Origin: an uncultured Desulfarculus sp.
GTDB lineage: Bacteria > Desulfobacterota > Desulfarculia > Desulfarculales > Desulfarculaceae
Assembly (NCBI GenBank): GCA_963665125.2
Contig: CAXXUK010000002.1
Coordinates: 1,056,001 to 1,120,000 of the forward strand
Length of the DNA stretch: 64,000 nucleotides
Reading direction: 5' to 3'
Made by a program: the position numbers and the translations under genes. Of this stretch, positions 59,297-64,000 are shown piece by piece. Under the pieces are notes generated by a model that was not told where the DNA came from, did no database searches, and was given only the letters and a program-made list of their open reading frames with translations. Numbering within the stretch: the stretch's first letter is position 1; each line of letters opens with the position of its first letter.

Positions 59297-60178
59297 ATGT
59301 CAAACATTCCTGTTTGTTCGTTATGCGGCTCTGAGGAAAGTTCGGTGGTCCGGCGAAAACTTTTTGATATACCAGGTGAGTCTGGACCAGAGTTTTTCGA
59401 GCATGTCGTCCACCAATGCCATTCCTGTGGTTTTCATTATGTCCATCCCTTACCCAGCGCCGACGAACTGCAACGTATCATCGAACGGAATACTGGTATT
59501 TACATTCAAGAGAGTGTGGATGCCCGTAGGGCCAGCAGTAAACGCATTATTGACCTGCTGGGTCGCTTCCGTTCCGAGCCTGGAAGTCTGCTGGATATCG
59601 GGTGCGCCACCGGTCTTTTAATGGAAACTGCCCGGGAGGCGGGATGGCGCGTCAGCGGGATCGACGCGTTCGAGGAGGCCGTACTCCAGGCCCGGGAAGA
59701 AAAAGGCTTGGAGGTTTATCATGCCTCGTTGGGTTTGAATGGAAAGATCCAATGGCCCCACGGGATCGCCGGACGAACTTTCGATGCGGTGAGCATGATG
59801 TGGGTTATCAACCTGATCTCCCCCCCTGGCCTGCTTTTACAACGTGTAAGGGATATTCTGAATCCCTCTGGACTCCTTATCATCGGAACCACGAATATTC
59901 GCAGTCTGCCATCTCGCCTGTGGGGTAATCGGTGGCGCGGATTAGTTGGTCTGTGCCAGTTTCATTATTCCGATCAATCTATAAGGACAGCACTCACCCA
60001 AAATGGATTCGAGTGTCTTTCGATAAACCGAACCCCCATACGCTATAACAGTTTGGGGTATATTCTAAAAAAAATCAGTGGTTATGACCTATTACATCTG
60101 AAAAAAAATCCGCCCCTATCATGGCTGATCCCCATTCCAACAATTGATTGCATGGAAGTAGTAGCCCGAAAAGCATAA
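59297..60178 (+). CDS. Class I SAM methyltransferase with N-terminal Zn ribbon
   Basis: CSLC...CHSC, LDIGCATG. Confidence 0.9.
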   Translation: MSNIPVCSLCGSEESSVVRRKLFDIPGESGPEFFEHVVHQCHSCGFHYVHPLPSADELQRIIERNTGIYIQESVDARRASSKRIIDLLGRFRSEPGSLLDIGCATGLLMETAREAGWRVSGIDAFEEAVLQAREEKGLEVYHASLGLNGKIQWPHGIAGRTFDAVSMMWVINLISPPGLLLQRVRDILNPSGLLIIGTTNIRSLPSRLWGNRWRGLVGLCQFHYSDQSIRTALTQNGFECLSINRTPIRYNSLGYILKKISGYDLLHLKKNPPLSWLIPIPTIDCMEVVARKA

Positions 60179-60190
60179 AGGGGTCATTAG

Positions 60191-61174
60191 GTGGTGACAA
60201 GTCAGAACACTCCCCTGAAACACCGCAGGACGACTCGTATCCTGTTGCGGTGCACGGGACCGCTTTTAGCGATCTACCTGATATCCCGGCTGGATTTCAA
60301 TAAAGTCTGGCTCTATATGCAATCATTGCATTACGAGTACCTTCTGCTGGCCATTGGGGCTTCCCTGCCAGTATGGATGATTAAAACACTTAAATGGAAA
60401 GTCATTAACGAGTTTCTTGATATAAAAACCGACTTTCGGCGTCTATTAATTGCCACCATCGCGGTGGATCACATCAGCGCCCTATCACCGGCCAAGATCG
60501 GTGAGGCGGTCAAGATGACCTACCTGCGAAAAGACGCCTCCATGGTCCGTCTGCTCTCGACATTAGTGATCGACCGCTTGACCGAGGGGATCACTTTGCT
60601 GGTTCTGGGCCTGGCCGCGCTTTTATTTCTGGTTGGCGAAGAAAAGACCACCTTCGACCTGGCGGCGGTTACGTCCACGGCTCTGGCGCTTGCCTGTTCC
60701 GTCATCGTCTTCCTGGCGATCAGGGTTCTCCCCGTGAGGGAATGGCTGACTCGCATCGAAAAGAAATCGAAGACCGCCGGCTTTCGAGCCAGACTGATGT
60801 CATGGATTGTCGAGATGCTGCAAGCTATACAGCAACTTGACGCCAGAGATTACCTTGTACTACTGCTCTGCTCATTACTGGTCTGGTCCACAACTTACGT
60901 CAGAGCCATACTGTTGGCCCAGTGCATTGGGCTGGATCTGACATGGCTCATCCTGGCTGCTCTGGTAACGGCCGCGACGATATTGCAATTACTTCCGATT
61001 TCGATAATGGGCATCGGTTCCCGTGATGTGCTGTTCGTGGTTGTACTGGGCCAGATGGGAGTACCTCAGGAAGTGTCTTTAAGTTACTCGTTTTTATTTG
61101 TGGTTTTACGATTGGTTGAATTATTATTCAGCTACATTGCCTGGCTGGTCTGGCCCCCGGATGAATTCGCATGA
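60191..61174 (+). CDS. UPF0104 / LPG-synthase TM (flippase-like) membrane protein
   Basis: SPAKIGE..K, DRL.E, LPISIMGIGSRD. Confidence 0.85.
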   Translation: MVTSQNTPLKHRRTTRILLRCTGPLLAIYLISRLDFNKVWLYMQSLHYEYLLLAIGASLPVWMIKTLKWKVINEFLDIKTDFRRLLIATIAVDHISALSPAKIGEAVKMTYLRKDASMVRLLSTLVIDRLTEGITLLVLGLAALLFLVGEEKTTFDLAAVTSTALALACSVIVFLAIRVLPVREWLTRIEKKSKTAGFRARLMSWIVEMLQAIQQLDARDYLVLLLCSLLVWSTTYVRAILLAQCIGLDLTWLILAALVTAATILQLLPISIMGIGSRDVLFVVVLGQMGVPQEVSLSYSFLFVVLRLVELLFSYIAWLVWPPDEFA

Positions 61175-61570
61175 AGGTTCGGCAAGGATGGAGTGGCTGA
61201 ATGCTCCAGGGTAGGCAAGTAGCTTCTGTCCACAAATGAAGAAACTATTCAGATCTACCATAATGATTTCAATGGTTTTAACGTCTGGTAAGCCGTGGCC
61301 TTTATTCGTCAACAGAAAAGGCTGGTTTTTAACCGGAGGAGTACGCAATACAAGCGCATTAGCTGCGGCTTGCTACGGGAGCTAACGAGCAATTCAACAA
61401 AACGGCTATTGATTTCTTAAGTGTCGGAATGGTGCGCATATTGCTGCGCGATATCTCAACTTTCGACATATTTAACGGCGGCTGACCAACTAGAAATGAC
61501 TGCGCAGACAATGCGAAATTATGTTCACGGGGATATTGTCATGACGGATACATCCGCTCGGGAGTAATAG

Positions 61571-62123
61571 ATGCCAAAGGACTTGTCGTTCAAGGGGAAA
61601 ATTTCAACGGGAACCTTCTACACTCCCCTGCACAATCTTGTGGAGAAAGGTGTGCAGAAACAGGGAATCCCACCAGGCAAGAAAGATTTTACTGAATGGT
61701 TGGAAAGGGCCTATCCTGGCAATCGTGAGAATCTGGAGGTGCTGGATGCCGGATGTGGAGTCCATGCGCTCAATTCACGAATCTGCTCGGAGCATGGAAT
61801 AAAAAAGATATCAGCAATAGACTACAATCCGGAAGCGATTAAAAATATACAATCGCAATTCCCCACGCTTTATACCTTTTTCCGTTGGCAATAAGGTGGT
61901 GTGCAAGCTCTTTCCTCCCTTTGCGGCTAACTGGATACTCGATAGAATGTATGTGCCGGTGGTCTGGATATATTCGGCACGGGAAATACGATTATATGTC
62001 AACAAGCTGGGGGCAAATGTCGTGGATGAATGGCCCAACAGCTATGATGTTTTTGTAAATTTACCTTTGGGGAAATATATTTCAGGTGACGGTCTAATCC
62101 GTGCCTATATTATAAAAAAATAA
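61571..62123 (+). pseudogene. Split class I methyltransferase (frameshift, probable internal deletion)
   Basis: VLDAGCG and AID in 61571-61894, continuation in another frame to 62123; central motifs missing. Confidence 0.65.
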
Positions 62124-62166
62124 GCGACTTGTCGCTTTCTTTTTTAATGAATAGGGTGTTGCCAAA

Positions 62167-63891
62167 GTGAATATATTAGGCATCGTAGACACGCATGAAG
62201 CCGGCGCGGCGGTCATTTGTGACGGCCGGATCACCTCGGCCGTCACGGAGGAGCGCCTCAATCGGATCAAATCCTGGGCCGGCTTTCCCGAGCTATCCAT
62301 TAAATGCGCTTTAAAGGAAAGCGGCCTGAGCGGAAAAGACATTGATTTGGTTGTTATGGCCGGAATCCATACTCCGCTGCTCCCAAACCGCGCTTACAAG
62401 ATGCTCAATTATAGAAGCGAAAAGGGCAAAAAAAAGGGTTACGAAAGCCCTGACGGCCTTCTGATGCGGCCGTATCTGACTTTGCAAAGTGCATTGCGCA
62501 AAATGCCAGGCATCGCGGCCGGTCTGCCGGTGGCCCGATATCTATTGAAAAGAAAACTGAACCGGCTATTTGGCATCGATTGTGACATTCAATTCGCTGA
62601 TCATCACTTACTACACGCGTATGCCGCGACGCTTTCTGGCTTTGACGAGGCCTTATCCGTTACGGTGGACGGGCAGGGAGATGGGGCTTCGACATGTGTT
62701 TATGAGTACCGCAACGGGCGGATCACTCTGCTGAATTATTGTAACGCCTTGAACTCCATCGGTGAATTTTACCGGATCATAACATATCTACTTGGCTTCA
62801 ATCCCCAGACGGGCGCGGGCAAAGTCACGGGTCTGGCCGCTTACGGCCAGCCAGTCATGTGCAAAATGTTCAACCGGTACCTATATTTCGATGCTGATTC
62901 CGGATCGATACGCAACCAAATCGGAACCCTGTTTGGCGGGTTGACGTTTAGGCGGCTTAAGCGCATGGTAAAAGATGCGCCCCCCGAAGATGTCGCGGCT
63001 TCGGCGCAGGAGCTTCTCGAAAAGGTGATGGTTGCTTACGTCGATCACTGGGTTGGCCGAACAGGCATCAGGAACATCGTTTTAAACGGTGGTGTAGCCT
63101 TGAACATCAAAATGAACCGTCATATTCTCGAGTTGCCGAGCGTAGAGGATGTTTTCGCCTTTCCACCAGCCGGAGACGGAGGATTGGCTCTTTTGGCCGC
63201 CGTGTATGGCTGGATGGAACGGTCTGGCACCTTACCGGCCGACACCAACATCAAGCATGTCTATTTCGGGCCGGAATACAGCAATACCGAGGTGGCCGCT
63301 GCCCTTGAACGGGCCGGCGTCGAAGCTCAATTTCACGACGATATTGATGGAGTGGTCGCCGACCTGATCGCAGAGGGTCAATGTGTCTGGCGCTTTCAGG
63401 GCCGCATGGAGTTCGGCCCCCGGGCTCTGGGGCATCGCAGTATTCTGGCGCTGCCGTCGCTGCCTGATCTGAAATCCAAACTGAATCAATCGCTGGGCCG
63501 GGAATCGTTCATGCCGTTCTGCCCGTCCATTCTTGATGATGCATCTTCGCGGTACCTGAAAGACGATTATTTCGCGCCGTTTATGATTCTTTGTTGCAAT
63601 GTCAAGGATGACTACGCCGACGATGACAGTATCGCCCATATTGTCCATGTCGATAAGACCGTTCGCCCGCAGATCGTATATCAGCAGATAGAGCCAAGAT
63701 ACTGGAGCATATTAAAACGGGTCCATGACGCCACCGGAACGGGATGTCTGCTAAATACCAGCTTCAACGTTCACGGAGAGCCGATCGTAATGACCCCCGA
63801 GGATGCCCTTGTTTCATTCCGCGAAGCCGGTGGACGATATCTGGCCATTGAAAACTATCTTGTAGAAAACAAAGACAGCAAACTACTGTAG
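62167..63891 (+). CDS. Carbamoyltransferase (NodU/CmcH family)
   Basis: EERLNRIK, HHLLHA, GKVTGLAAYG, MEFGPRALGHRS, HVD.T.R.Q, NTSFNVHGEP. Confidence 0.94.
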   Translation: MNILGIVDTHEAGAAVICDGRITSAVTEERLNRIKSWAGFPELSIKCALKESGLSGKDIDLVVMAGIHTPLLPNRAYKMLNYRSEKGKKKGYESPDGLLMRPYLTLQSALRKMPGIAAGLPVARYLLKRKLNRLFGIDCDIQFADHHLLHAYAATLSGFDEALSVTVDGQGDGASTCVYEYRNGRITLLNYCNALNSIGEFYRIITYLLGFNPQTGAGKVTGLAAYGQPVMCKMFNRYLYFDADSGSIRNQIGTLFGGLTFRRLKRMVKDAPPEDVAASAQELLEKVMVAYVDHWVGRTGIRNIVLNGGVALNIKMNRHILELPSVEDVFAFPPAGDGGLALLAAVYGWMERSGTLPADTNIKHVYFGPEYSNTEVAAALERAGVEAQFHDDIDGVVADLIAEGQCVWRFQGRMEFGPRALGHRSILALPSLPDLKSKLNQSLGRESFMPFCPSILDDASSRYLKDDYFAPFMILCCNVKDDYADDDSIAHIVHVDKTVRPQIVYQQIEPRYWSILKRVHDATGTGCLLNTSFNVHGEPIVMTPEDALVSFREAGGRYLAIENYLVENKDSKLL

Positions 63892-63896
63892 CCCCT

Positions 63897-64000
63897 ATGA
63901 AGAATTTAGTGATAGAGGAAACATCACCTTTCAAAACCAACAAGTGGTGGCGGCGATCCCTTCTCACTATTCTAATATGCTGCATTATCTTTGACATCAT
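63897..64000 (+). CDS. Start of probable membrane protein, runs off window (MKNLVIEETSPFKTNKWWRRSLLTILICCIIFDI...)
   Basis: ATG 5 bp after carbamoyltransferase stop, open to window end, hydrophobic stretch. Confidence 0.55.
   Translation, partial: MKNLVIEETSPFKTNKWWRRSLLTILICCIIFDI

Noticed and set aside
55462..61174. True hopanoid hpnIJKL locus
   Set aside because: No squalene-hopene cyclase or other hpn genes in window; deacetylase is CE4-type; analogy only

Overview
High-GC bacterial chromosome segment; gene content (sigma-54 activator, DsrE, glycyl radical enzyme, porin type) suggests an anaerobic deltaproteobacterium, possibly Desulfarculales-like (inference). Order: housekeeping block (SPOR protein, argS, small Cys-rich gene, alr) ending at tRNA-Arg(TCT); a decayed receiver fragment directly after the tRNA; transglutaminase/DUF169/MarR; seven co-directional genes for unknown envelope proteins with a duplicated kelch-like propeller (8.1-14.3 kb); a sigma-54-controlled catabolic region (porin, TPR-GAF activator, MBL/C-GCAxxG-C-C fusion, SCP2, acyl-CoA dehydrogenase, PaaK-like ligase, SCP2-type thiolase, nitroreductase, ferredoxin, MCP) followed by TetR and a glycyl radical enzyme with an atypical GCVY loop plus activase (14.6-32.8 kb); signalling and transport genes; and a surface-glycan locus (44.6-64 kb) whose distal, more AT-rich part follows an IS3 remnant and encodes CysD-like, AlkP-family, GT2, two cobalamin-type radical SAM enzymes, deacetylase, methyltransferases, flippase-like protein and carbamoyltransferase. 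A ~158-bp MITE-like element family abuts stop codons. No CRISPR, rRNA or intact transposase seen. All calls come from reading motifs by eye; no database searches were run.
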